This document shows positions 51,522 to 64,000 of a stretch of DNA of 64,000 nt, in pieces. How positions within the stretch are numbered: the stretch's first letter is position 1; every line of letters starts with the position of its first letter. The stretch is from the NCBI RefSeq assembly GCF_009914755.1, contig NC_060948.1; one strand, given 5' to 3'. Source of the DNA: the human T2T-CHM13v2.0 reference genome, Homo sapiens. Under the pieces are notes generated by a model. That model ran no database searches. It was not told the DNA's origin and was given only the letters and a program-made list of their open reading frames with translations. Both the position numbers and the translations under genes were made by a program.

Positions 51522-51796
51522 ATATGCCAAAATTCAAGTAAGGAGAACAAGGGCTATCCTGATCTCAGAATTTATTCAGGAAATATAACAAAAATCAATG
51601 GCTTTTTTTTGAATCTCTGAAGATATTTTTATTGATGATATAATTGTGGATGAAAAGAAAAAAAACAGATGTTGAAATTAAACATACCTGGCTTATTTCA
51701 TTGACCCCTTTTAAACTGGTCCTGTTGTTGTAACTGAGCTAGTTATAGAGAAATGCCACACTTTGAGACTAATTTAGCAGTCCTTTATTTGCTGAT

Positions 51797-52585
51797 GTAC
51801 CCCACCCAGAATGGATATCAGGCTGAGCTGGAGGTCTTGTCATTGCAGCTGAGGTTTAGCAACCAGGAGTGGTGGTGGAACAGTTAAATTGACCCTGTCT
51901 GGGTGTTTTTGGAACATAGGATGCTGAACACAGTTTCAACATCAAATCCAGCGATATAAAGCCTTAATCCCCATGACATGCCATAATGCCATTGAGCTAA
52001 ATTGGGGTTACGGATGGTTATAGTAAGAAGATTGCAATTTCCCCTTGCACACAGTTTAGGATGGGAAGCATGAGCTATGGAAAAGGTTGAAGGTCGGATT
52101 GATCCCCCAGAGTAGGTGGCCAAAGTTATACATGTCTAGTCAGGGCAGAAAAATTGGTAAGAATCTTGACACCTAGAGTCAAGGTGATTTCCAGGACAGA
52201 AGTAAAGTTCAACGTTCTGGAGTCCTTTTTCTGCACCTTTGGAGCTTCCACATCCAGTCTAGCCTCTGGAGTGTCCAAACTCTGCAGCAAGGTCGATGTT
52301 CCCTGCTCCTATGATTGGCAGATTGTGTTGCTCTTCGAACGTATGAGCAGGCTCTGGAAACAGAGCACATAAATCGACTGCCAAAGAGACTTCCTTGTAG
52401 GTCCCCGACTTCCAGGTGGTGTTTGCAAACACACTTCCTGTCATGAAAGAAGTCAGGAATAAAGAGTAGGAAGAAGCAGAGGGCACGACAGGCAGAAACA
52501 AACAAAAGAGATAAAGAATTAATCTACTGGCTTCACTTGACTTAGGTGCAGTTGTAAGGGGCCTCTACCAGTCTTGGGGACCCAT
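51797..52585 (-). pseudogene. HERV-T env N-terminal (SU) remnant
   Basis: MGPQDW*..., LTSFMTGSVFANTTWKSGTYKEVSLAVDLC, ATYSGGS...GMSWGLRLYI match recalled ERVS71/HERV-T Env. Confidence 0.88.
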
Positions 52586-52589
52586 GTTT

Positions 52590-55500
52590 CTTGCTGGGTT
52601 TTGTTAGTCTTCTTGATGCAAGAGTGATGAATCCAAGCAGGAATGTTATCTACTTTTAGAGCTCTTGGTGTGGTGAGGATGACAGTATCAGGTCCTTTTC
52701 AGGCAGGAGTAAGTCCTTCTTTCTGGAACTTTTTAACATACACCAGGTCACCTGGCTGGAAAGAGTGGCAGAGCCCCTTGTGGTCGGGAACTGGATTGGG
52801 ATGTGCTCCTCAGACATGTGGCTGGATAATGTCTTGTACCTGTTGCAGAGACTGCTGGTACTGTAACAAATTAGCTTGTGAGATTTCTGTTAAATGGGTA
52901 TCTCTTAGTTTGGACAAGGTAGGAGGAGCCCTCCCAGACATGATTTCAAAAGGTGAAAACCTAGCCTGGTAAGGGGTGCATCTTACTTTAAGAAGGTCTA
53001 GAGAAAGGAGTTTTACCCAATTCTCACTGGTCTCTAGGATTAATATTGTAAGATTACTTTTTAGGATGCAGTTCATGCATTCTACCTGCCTAGAGCTCTG
53101 GGGTTGATAGGCACAATGGAGTTTCCATTGAATGTTTAATGTCTCACTAACTGATTGAGCTACAGATGAGGTGAAGGCTGGTCCATTATCAGACCCTATG
53201 GCAGCGGGCAGCCCATGTCAAGGAGTGATTTCATTGAGTAATAGCTTAACTACCATGGTGGCAGTCTCGTTTTTGGTGGCAAATGCCTCAGTCCATCTGG
53301 AAAAGGTGTCTACTAGCACCAGGAGGTATTTATACACTGCCCAGTGTGGTTTTATCTCTGTAAAGTCAATTCCCACCTTTCTCCTGGTGAGTCTCCCCAG
53401 AGGCGGTGGCCTGGGCTGGGTTTAGGACCTTCCTTGTCATTTACCTGAGCACAACCTATACACCAGAGGGCTGCTTGGTTAGCTAAGCCCTGAAGGTGGA
53501 GGATCTTGAAATGGCTCTTTAGAAGCTGGGCCAGTTTTATTGCTCTCAAATGTGTGGTAGAATGCAGATGACTGGTTAAAGTTTCCCCGAGGACTTGGGG
53601 CATGAAGATTCTGGGATCAGGAAGAATTCACCAACCTTCCTGATTTTTACTGGCCTGAAGATCTGAAGCCTCTTTTTCCTCCTCTAGGGAGTATTCTGGG
53701 TGGTCTCGAAAGTCAGGCTGCAGAAAGGATATAGAGGGCAGCAGAGTCAAAGGCATGACTGGAAACTGAGCTGTCTTTTTAGCTGCAGAATCTGCTCTTT
53801 GGTTACCACAAGCAATGACCATATCTTCTTTTTGTTGTCCTTCGCAGTGAATTACAGCCACCTGTTGAGGGAACCAAACAGCTTCAAGCAAGGCCAAAAT
53901 TTCTTCTTTATTTTTGATAGTTTTTCCTTCTGAGGTGAGTAGCCCATGCTCCTGATAGATGGCTCTGTGTACATGGACAGTAGCAAACGTATATCTGCTG
54001 TCAGTGTAGATGTTAATGCATTTATTTTTGCCCTATCGGAAGCTTGAGTGAGGGCAACTAATCAGCCCTCTTTGCCAAGTTGCCTGCCAGCAGCACCTGG
54101 GCCCACAGTATATCTGTTTCCATAGTAATGGCTGGAGCAGGCTTTCATACTCCTTGTTTGAGGAAGCTGCTACTCTCTGTAAATGTGGTGGTGTCTGCCT
54201 CCTTTAAAGGCACATCTTGGAGATCAGGTCAGCCAATTTCTATAGTCACTAACAGTTCCTCACAGTCATGGATAGGTGTGGTAAGGTCTGGATCAGGGAG
54301 CAAGGTAGATGGATTTAAACACCTTGTGGGAGAGAAAGTTACACGAGGCTGATCTAACAGTAAATTTTGATACTGCAGGATGCAAGCGTTCGACATCTAT
54401 TTGGCAGAAGCACTTTGTAGCAATGTCTCTATGGCACGAGGAGCCATAAGGGTTAAATTTTTACCTAGAGTCAGTTTATCAGACTCCTGAACCAGGCTTG
54501 CTGTGGCTGCTATGGCTCGCAGACATCTTGGCCACCTGGAGGCCACAGGGTCCAGGGGTCCAGTTTCTTAGACAAATAGGCCACTGGGCATCACCATGGC
54601 CCCAAAGTTTGAGTGAGTACCCGTCTAGTGACTCCCTGGCTTTCATGAACAAAAAGGTGAAATGGTTTTGAGATTATTTGGGAGGGCTAGAGCAGGGTCC
54701 TCAGTTAATGGTTTTTTCCAGTATTGAAAAGCCTGTTCCTCTGTGTAAGTCCAAGCTAGCAGGTCATTTTCTCCTATAACAGAGTTTAGGGGCTTGGTGA
54801 TTTCCACAAACCCTGATATCCATAGATGACAGTATCCTACAGACCCCAGGAATTCATGTACCTGTCTCTTGGTGATGGGAGTGGGGATCCACAGGATGGT
54901 TTCCTTTTGAGCACTGGTGAGTGCCCTTTTTCCCTTGTCTATCTCATACCCCAGATAGGAAACCCTGGGGAGATAAAGCTTGGTCTTCTTAGCTGAAACC
55001 CAGTACCCAAGTTTCTGGAGAAGGCAAAGCAGGTCTCTAGTATATTGCAGGCGGCTGTCAGTAGTTTTAGCAGCTAATAAAAGGTCATCCACGTACTGGA
55101 GAAAAGTGCAGTTAGGGTGACTGGCTCAGAATGGTATGAGATCTTGTTGGAGGGCTTCTCCAAAAAGTGTGGGGGAATTTTTAAAACCCTGGGGTAGCTG
55201 AGTCCAGGTTAATTGAGTGGTGTCTCCCAAGCCAGGATCTGTCCATTCAAAAGCAAAGATAGATTGGCATTTGGGGACCAGAGAAATAGCAAAGAAAGCC
55301 TCTTTTAAGTCCAGGACAGCACATACTGTATGTTCTGGCAAAAGCAGGCTGAATAAAGTATAAGGGTTAGGGACAGTTGGATGGACAGTGACTGTCCACT
55401 TGTTAACTTCCTGCAAGTCCTGTACAGGCTGGTAATTATTTGTTCCAGGTTTCTGGACCGACAAAAATGGAGTATTCCAGGCCAACTAACACGCTGTGAG

Positions 55501-55720
55501 TATACCAGCTTGTAATAGCCCCTGAATATGGGGATTGATTCCCTCTCTAGCCCGCTGACTCATAGGATAGTTTTTTTTACCTGGACTGGCAGGGCAGTGA
55601 CCAGGAGTTCTACAACTAACAGTGGATGATGCTTTGCTAGTCCTGGGGATTTTGACTTGGCCCAGACTCAAGGAAACACAATCTGTAGATACAATAGGAG
55701 AGGATTAGCTTTATTCTCCA
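52590..55720 (-). pseudogene. HERV-T pol (RT, RNase H, integrase), frameshifted
   Basis: [28 protein letters not shown] (about 55098), VIHCEGQQK, PYQARFSPFEIMSGR. Confidence 0.93.
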
Positions 55721-55729
55721 GCGGTCATA

Positions 55730-56236
55730 ATCAGGAGGCTGTAGGCAGAGAGGCCACAGGGGATGTAGTCAAAGAAACGAGGCAAGATTTTGGTGGAGCA
55801 GGAGGGTTATGGGGTGGTGGAAATGCGTGAGAAAAACTTTCCTCTTCTTCAGAAAAAGGCAGTACAGGAGGAGCTGAGGGGGCTGAGGGTCAGAATGACA
55901 GTGAGGCCTGGCTCAAAAGCACCTTGGAGGTAGGATTATGAACAGCACATGAGTGGAGCCAAGGGGAAGGGCCCCAGACCAAGCTCAGCCATTGATCAAT
56001 GTAGGGAAACTGATCAGGGTGACTGGGAGTTCCAGCAATGAACTGCCACACACATTCAGTGACCCTTCTGGGGGCCACCCGGTTCCAAACTGTAGCCGTT
56101 CTACTTCACAGAGTGTCCAGAATTTGCCTTTTTTAAGGCAAACCCCATAATCCTCTGAGAAGCCCAGGGAGAAATTTTGTAACATACATTGGAGAGGGCT
56201 CCAATCTCTATGAGGCCAGGAAGAAGAGCTTCCCAT
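55730..56236 (-). pseudogene. HERV-T gag matrix/p12 remnant (CA, NC and protease deleted)
   Basis: MGSSSSWPHRDWSPLQCML...WPPEGSL, HPDQFPYIDQWL. Confidence 0.85.
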
Positions 56237-57876
56237 TCTGGAAGCAATTTAACAAGGATTGAGCAGAAATATTAAATCCAGCATGGACAGAGCAATTCAC
56301 TCTCTGGGGGCCCGTAGTATCAGAAGAACAGAAATATTACGACCAGAAGAAGTAGGAAAGCAACTATAGCCAACACTTCTTGCCACATAAGCTCTTTCTC
56401 TTTAGGTTTTGAGATCTAGGGAGAGGACAAGAGGTGGGTCTGAGGCCTGTGGGACCTACATGATCCCTCCTTCCTTTTTGACTTATAGCCTGAATATTTT
56501 TGGTGTCTTCATGACTCAAAGGCAAACAGTTCAAACTTGGCTTTTTCTTTTAAGGGTTTTAGGAGGGTGAGCAGAGCCAAGTCTTGGAGGTGCTGGACTT
56601 GCTGTGACACAGGAAAATGAAATGTACGGGGTAAGGGATGGGGATGAGTAGGAAAGGGGCCACTTGGATCTTTCCTAAGGTAGGAGAGTAGCTACAGAGG
56701 GATAGAATAAGAGTCCAGATGGAATAAGACAGTACAGGCGTAGGTTTCTCTGCACAGTGCCTTATCCAAGGGCATGGGAAAAGTTACAGGATGACAGAAA
56801 AGGTGAGCAAGGAAATCTGCAGGGTGGCTATTTTGAATCCCCCACTGATCTAAGGAGGAGGTGTTTCAGTCACTGGGGTTTGAGGTATGGCAATCCAAAT
56901 GCCAGCAACCTTTATGGTGCCAGAAATCCCAAACGAGAGACTGTTTCCCATACACCTCCCCATAACAACACCTGACTTTTTTCCGACAGAAAAGACAGGA
57001 CTCGGATGGCCAGCCCAAATGACTGATGAAAGATTTGAACTCCTGGGATAGAAAATCTGTACTAACGACCTTGAAGAAGTCCTTGCCCAGTCATCTTGGG
57101 CAGTATTGAAGACCTGACATGTGAAACTTAGGCAAACACCAGACAGGAGAATAGACACTGGGGTATATAAACAGTTATGAAAGTTTTTATAAACAGACAA
57201 GATGAGGGGCTTCTGTGATGTGATTAGTCAGATGCCTGCCTGGCCACTCCCCTTGCAGGGACTTAGGCTCCTCTTGACATTGGCAGGCCAGTATAAACCC
57301 CCAGCTCAGGTCGAGCTATGCCCTTTGCTACCCTAAGCCTTATGAGGTCACCCGGAACCACAGGTGAGGGCCCACTCAAACTCTGTAGCTTTTGCCATGG
57401 AGCTACAAACTTGAAATTCAAGCAAAAGCCCTTGAACTCCACATTCACTCACTCACTCCTTCAGAGTTTATTATAATTTTTCATACCCATTTAAACAGGG
57501 GTCTCCTTGAGACCTGAATGAGAGAAGAAGAAGAGACAGAGAGGGAGTGTGAGAGTCTTAACAGAGAAGCCTGACAGAAACCAGGACTTTGCCCTCCAGT
57601 GTCCTGGAGTGTGGACAGAGTCTGAGGGAGGGCCCTCAATAGGGCCATTTCCCTCCCAGAGAAACAGAGTCAGATCTGACTTACCGTCCCAGGACCAGAG
57701 ACTGAGGACTCAGGAGTTGAATTTGGTGGGCACACACCAGCAGTCGATCCGTTCCCCCTCCGGAATACGGTGGCCTATGGTGCCTTGGAAAGTCTTCAGG
57801 TGGCACCTCCCCTATAAGACCACTGTCTGTCCAGGGGAGCCTGGAATGAATTCAGCACTCATCTCATGGCAAATAA

Positions 57877-57894
57877 ATCTCGCCGGGACTTCCA
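57877..57894 (-). promoter_or_regulatory. Primer binding site, tRNA-Thr-like
   Basis: TGGAAGTCCCGGCGAGAT, 2 nt downstream of the 5' LTR. Confidence 0.8.
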
Positions 57895-59669
57895 AATGTT
57901 GTAACTGAGCGAGTTGTAGAGAAACGCCACACTTTGAGACTAATTTAGCAGTCCTTTATTTGCTGGTGACCGAGAGATGGCTAGTGCTCAAAATTCTCTC
58001 TGCCCCAAAGAAGGGGCTAGATTTTCTTTTATACTTTGGTTTAGAAAGGGAAGGGGGAGCCTAGCTGAAGCAATCTTACAGAAGCACAACAGACAAAAAA
58101 AGTTAAAAAGACGAACGGTTACGGGAAAACAAACAGGTCCAGGTGCAGGGGCTTTAAATCTATCACAAGGTGATAGATGCGGGGGCTTTGGGCGCTATCA
58201 ACTGGACACAAACACTGGGGCTTTGAGTACTATCAACCAGGTGAATTCCTGGGAACTGCGGATATAGCTTGCCACAGTATCTTATCAGTAATTGCATTCC
58301 TGGATGTGCTGGGAGTCAGCTTGCACAAGTTAAGTCTTTGAGGAAGGGGGTGGGTAAGGGGCTGCAAGTGAAGGAGCCAAAATGGAGTCTGTCCACTTCT
58401 CTCAGCCAAGGGAGAGTCAATTCAGGTTAAAACAAGGTAGGATATCACACTGTGACCTTAAATACAGGCAAGTTACTTGCAAGTGACTTATGTCCTCTAA
58501 GCCCCTCTTTACTCACTGGAGGGAGGAAAATTCTTAAAGGAGAATGACTTCAAATACCATTTAAAACTAATATTTTGGGATGTCCATGGGAAAAAAAAAA
58601 AAAGCTTAGCCACACAAAAGACTAATAATGGAATGGAAAATTGTTCACCTGCCCTCATGCCAAGTTCTCTCACCACGTTAATCATTTCTCATCATTTTTT
58701 CTTTAAGTCTTCTTGAGCCAAGATGATACTTCCAACATCTTTACAAACGTTAAGGTATATTTATTTACTCCAACATAACAATGACAAATAATACTTGCTC
58801 ATAATATCATAACTTTTATAATTCTGCATTTTTTGAAAGACTGAATCTAAAAGTAATTTTTTCTATGTTTATTTCTTGAACCATTACATTTGGACTGTAG
58901 GATATAACATCTTACTCTTAAGTGATTAGCAAAGTAAGCATTATATATTTTCCTTGATATCCCCTCTTTCCTTCCTTAATTTACATTGGCTTTTCCATTC
59001 ATTAATTAATTAACCTTTGAAACTGATGTTTTTTAATCCGTAAAAATAATGACTTCCTATTGGTTTCCAATAAAGTTAATTCTGAAAATTAAAAACCAAT
59101 CAATAGAATTGAGAATAATCCTTGTGTGGATATTTACCAGTGGACCCCAGAGAGTATGAATGAATCTACAGAAACCCATGTGATTTAGTCCCACGATATT
59201 CAACATGAACTGCTTTAAGAAGAGTTCATGTATCAGGAGAGTCATATCCTTCTTTCTTAAAGTCTAGCACATTACTTGAAAACATTGCATGATTGTGATT
59301 TTCCCTGGAGTTCACAACTACTCTTCTATTTCTTGTTGCAAGAAGAGACGTCTATTCTTCCTCTCTTGTCCCAATAAGAGTTCCTTGTTGACACTCAACC
59401 TTCTTTGAATAGTCTTTTTACATTTTTCTTCTCAGTATGTCTCTCAGCAGGCTTCTCTCTTTCTTTGAGTCACTGGATAAAATGATGGGAAAATATAAGT
59501 TTGTCATGCTATCACATTTTCATATCTTTTCTGTAGGTGATATTTCAGGCACACTTCAAATATTTTCTGGACTATTCAAGATATTGGTGAATAATCTGAT
59601 TCATGTATGTTTAAATGACCAATGCAACCTAAAGTATAATTTCAATATCTCATTATATTTGAAAATTCC

Positions 59670-59958
59670 AGACCAGATGCAGTGGCTCACATCTGTAGTC
59701 CCAACATTTTGGGATGGATTGCTTGAGCTCAGGATTTCAAGACCAGCCTGGGCAGCACAGTGAGAACCCACCTATACAATAAAATAAAAGAATTAGCTTG
59801 GCAAGGTGGTGCACACCGATAGTCCCAGCTACTCAGGAAGCTAAGATGAGAAGATCACTAGAGCCTGGGATGTAGAGGTTGCAGTGAACCAAGAGCAAGC
59901 CATTGCACTTCAGCCTGGGCAACAGAATGAGACCCTGTCTCAAAACAAACAAAAACAA
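59670..59958 (+). mobile_element. AluJ
   Basis: Dimeric diverged Alu. Confidence 0.85.
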
Positions 59959-60417
59959 TCTCACTTTCCATTCATCTGTCAAACTTTATCAAGTTTGCAA
60001 GGATATTTGAAGAAGGATGTCATACTCACTTACATAATTTTTTTTTTCCTTGGGGCATTGTTGCTTTTATAGGACTTATTGCAACACCCACATCTCTGGT
60101 TTCTAGCTTCTGACTATACTTCTGGTTCTATTTTCCCTGTAGTGTCACATTCTCAGAAGGGAGAAACTTTGTCAGTGTCCCATCTGGGTGATCAAGGCTG
60201 TCATCTTTCAGAGCACACTTGGCCAAAAGAAATTGTCAATCATTCTGTGCTGCCCAACAACACCAGATGGCCAAGCCTGTGTTCTTGTAGTCTCACCTCT
60301 TTATTCACCCTTCACTAAACTTGCAGACAACCTAGTATCATTCACCTTCTTCAAAGAAGAGTCAGCCTATAGTCTCTCTATTCTGTGACCCCCAGATTCA
60401 CTGAGAAGGTCTCTTGA

Positions 60418-60774
60418 TGCTATGCTCCAAATGTTTGTGTTTTTCCAGAATAACATCTTGAGTCCTAACTTCCAAGGTGATGGTATTAGGAGATGGAAGG
60501 TGATGAGAGTGGAGCCCACATGAATGGAATTAGTGCTATTATAAAAGGGACCCAATAGATCTTCTTCACCTCTTTCACTGTGTGAGAATACAGCTAGAAG
60601 ATACTGTCTATGGACCTAAGTCCTCACCGGACCTAAGTCCCCACGGGACACTAAATCTACCACGTTTTGATCTTGGACTTCCAGCTTTCAGAAGAGTATG
60701 CAATCAATTTATCCTTTTTAGAAGCTACGCAGTCTATGGTATTTTCATTATTGCAGCCCAAAGTGGATGAGACA
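60418..60774 (+). mobile_element. MLT1A-type MaLR LTR
   Basis: tgctatg...aatgtttgtg...ttgatcttggacttccagc...gcagcccaaagtggatgagaca. Confidence 0.8.
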
Positions 60775-61009
60775 CTTGACGTCCCTTCAATCAATTTCAC
60801 GTGGAATCTCCTTGATACTCTCCTAACAGAAGAGAAATGCACAGAACTTGAAAATGTCCCGCAAAGTAGCCCTCACCAGCTCTCAGTTATTTTGCTGAAT
60901 ACTGAGCTTATCCTTACATATGTTGAAGATAGGAGATGAGCTTGGGGGTCAAGATTTCTGCCTAGATCATCTAGTGGAGGTCAAGGTTTCTGCCTAGATC
61001 ATCTAGTAC

Positions 61010-61497
61010 TGAGAGGGAAAAGAGGAAGAAACCCATTAAGCAGCCAGTTAGAGTTGTTCCAAGGTTAAATGGTTGAATTCTTTTAAACAAAAGAATAGCC
61101 TGCAGGCACACATAAGGGAACTTACACAGGGGAGCTTGACTGAGACATGCCCACAGCCATACAGATAAGAAAGTCTATATAGCTGATTTGACTAGACTTG
61201 CCTGCAATGGAAAATTCCATCCCCTGGCACAGGCATCATAAGGGGAACAAAACAATATGGAGTAACTCAAGCTAAAGGCCTGTGGGTGCACTAGGAGGAT
61301 GGGGTGGAGCTACCAGAACTTCACACCTTATGCAAATGAAACACTCATCCCTCAACGATTTCTTATAAAAGGCTCTATATTCAACTGTGAAATTGCAACC
61401 CTTTTTTGGGATGCCTCTCTGCGGCATAGGGCTTTCTTTCCTTTATTAAATTTCTGATCTAACCTCATCCTTGTCATGTCGATATCCTTGATTCCTG
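61010..61497 (+). mobile_element. ERV1 LTR (MER61/MER83-like)
   Basis: tgagagggaaaagaggaagaaac...cttataaaag...ttattaaa. Confidence 0.6.
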
Positions 61498-61552
61498 AAG
61501 GATATCTCATTTATTGTTAACAGTTTGCATCTATGCCTATGACTATGTTTAT

Positions 61553-62365
<813 letters not shown>

Positions 62366-62479
62366 CTATCTTTGTATCTGTGACACATTCATAGGTACCT
62401 GAAAGACATGTCCTAGGTTGTTAAAGATTTTTGTATGTGTGTAGGTAGATCTATGGCTATGTGAGGGATTCTTGAAGGA

Positions 62480-62640
62480 CTGCTCAGTCTGCTGTAACAG
62501 ATACCATGAACTGGAGGGCTTACAAAAATTATTTATCAGAATTTTGGAAGTCCAAGTTCATCAAGATGTCAACCTGGTTTCTGGAGAGAGCTCTCTTCCT
62601 GGTTTGTTGATGGTCAGTTTCTCACTCTAAGTTCACATAG
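62480..62640 (-). mobile_element. MaLR (MST/MLT1) fragment
   Basis: ctgctgtaacagataccatgaactggagggctta...ctctcttcctggtttg. Confidence 0.65.
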
Positions 62641-63282
62641 TATAGCTGCCCAGTGGGTTCACCTTGCCCGCTGCCTAAAGAGAGCCAATTTCTCAAGACA
62701 GGGGACTTACAATAGAGAAAGAGTATTTTATGCAGAGCTGGCTGTATGGGAAACTGAAGTTTTATTATTACTGAAATTAGTCTCCCTGAGCATTTGGGGA
62801 TCAGAGTATTTAAGGATAATTTGGTGGGTAGTGCAGCAGTGAGTCAAGAGTGCTGATTGGTGGGATTGGAGATGAAATCATGGGAAGTCGTGGCCATCGT
62901 CTTGTGCTGAGTCATTTCCTGGGTGGGGGCCACAACGTCAGGTGAGCCAGTTTATCAGTCTGGGTGGTTCCAGCTGATCAATCAAGTGTAGGCTCTGCAA
63001 AATATCTCGAGCATTGGTCTTAGGAGCATTTTAGAGAAGGTCAGAATCTTGTAGTTTTCAGCTGATTAGTCGACTACTAAACCATAATTTGTAATCTTGT
63101 GGCTGATTTGTTAGTCCAACAAAGGCAGTCTAGTCCCAAGGGAGAAATAAGCCTTGTTTTGAGAAAGGGCTGTTATCATCTTTGTTTTAAACCGTAAGTC
63201 CCTCCCAAAAGTAGTTCAGCCTACGCCCTGGAATAAGCAACAACAGCTTGGAGGTTGAAAGCAAGATGGAGTTAAGTCAGAT
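62641..63282 (-). mobile_element. LTR8-like ERV1 LTR
   Basis: gcccagtgggttcaccttgcccgctgccta...agagccaatttctcaagacagggg. Confidence 0.8.
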
Positions 63283-64000
63283 TCAGAGACAGGACTAGCT
63301 GGATTTCCTATGCCGACTAAGAATTCCTAAGCCTAGCTGGGGAAGGTGACCACAACCACCTTTAAACCCAGGGTTTGTAACTCAGCTCACACCTGACCAA
63401 TCAGGTAGTAAAGAGAGCTCACTAAATATCAATCAGGCTAAAAGCAGGAGTTAAAGAAATGGTCAAATCATCTATCATCTGAGAGCACAGGGGGAGGGAC
63501 AATGATTGGGATATAAACCCCAGGCATTTGAGCTGGGATTGGGAACCCCCTTTGGGTCCCCTCCCATTTTATGGGAGCTGTGTTTTCACTCTATTAAATC
63601 TTACGGTTGCACACTCTTCTGTTCTGTGTTTGTTCCAGCTCAAGCTGAGTTTTCACTCATCATCCACCACTGCTGTACACCACCATCATAGACCTGCCAC
63701 TGACTTCCACCCCTCCAGATCTGGCAGGGTGTCTGCTGCATTTCTGATCCAATGAGGCACCTATTGCTGTTCCCGTTCAAGCTAGAGGCTTGCTATTGTT
63801 CCTGCATGGCTAGGTGCCCAGGGTCATCCTAATAGAGCTGAACACTAGTCACCAGTTTCCACAGTTCTCTTCCATGACCCATGGCTTGTAGTAGAGGTAT
63901 CACACTCACCGTGTGGCCCAAAGTTCCATTCCTTGGAACCTGAGAGGCCAAGAAACGCAGGTCAGAGAATAAAAGGCTGGCTGCAATCTTGGGAGCAGCT
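63283..64000 (+). mobile_element. LTR17 (HERV-W/HERV17 LTR), runs off the right edge
   Basis: agagacaggactagctggatttccta...gactaagaattcctaagcctagctggg; CCAAT, tataaa and attaaa signals. Confidence 0.9.

Larger units (their letters stand above)
51726..58449 (-). mobile_element. HERV-T / HERVS71 provirus with internal deletions
   Basis: LTR6-type 5' LTR 57897-58449, about 70-bp remnant of 3' LTR 51726-51795, TSD CTGT, Thr PBS, gammaretroviral gag/pol/env remnants. Confidence 0.92.

Overview
Primate (human-like) AT-rich, repeat-dense genomic DNA with no intact protein-coding gene that I can support. It contains about 20 Alus, a full-length but disrupted L1PA3/4-type element (31883-38022), a U6 snRNA/L1 chimeric retrocopy (3042-6937), and an internally deleted HERV-T/HERVS71 provirus (51726-58449, tRNA-Thr PBS, CTGT TSD). 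It also has many solo LTRs, including two nested stacks, plus MaLRs, Tigger/MER DNA elements and several local duplications. The most unusual observation is in the apparently unique DNA between these repeats (about 0.6-39 kb). Read by eye through stops and frameshifts, it gives colinear motifs resembling AcademX-type DNA transposon proteins (DDE transposase plus XPG/PIN-like nuclease plus C-terminal region), in three to four heavily decayed, mutually divergent copies. I am not aware of this superfamily being annotated in primates. The call rests on a consensus recalled from memory and needs a translated HMM/tBLASTn test. Repeat subfamily names are also by-eye recognition, not database results.
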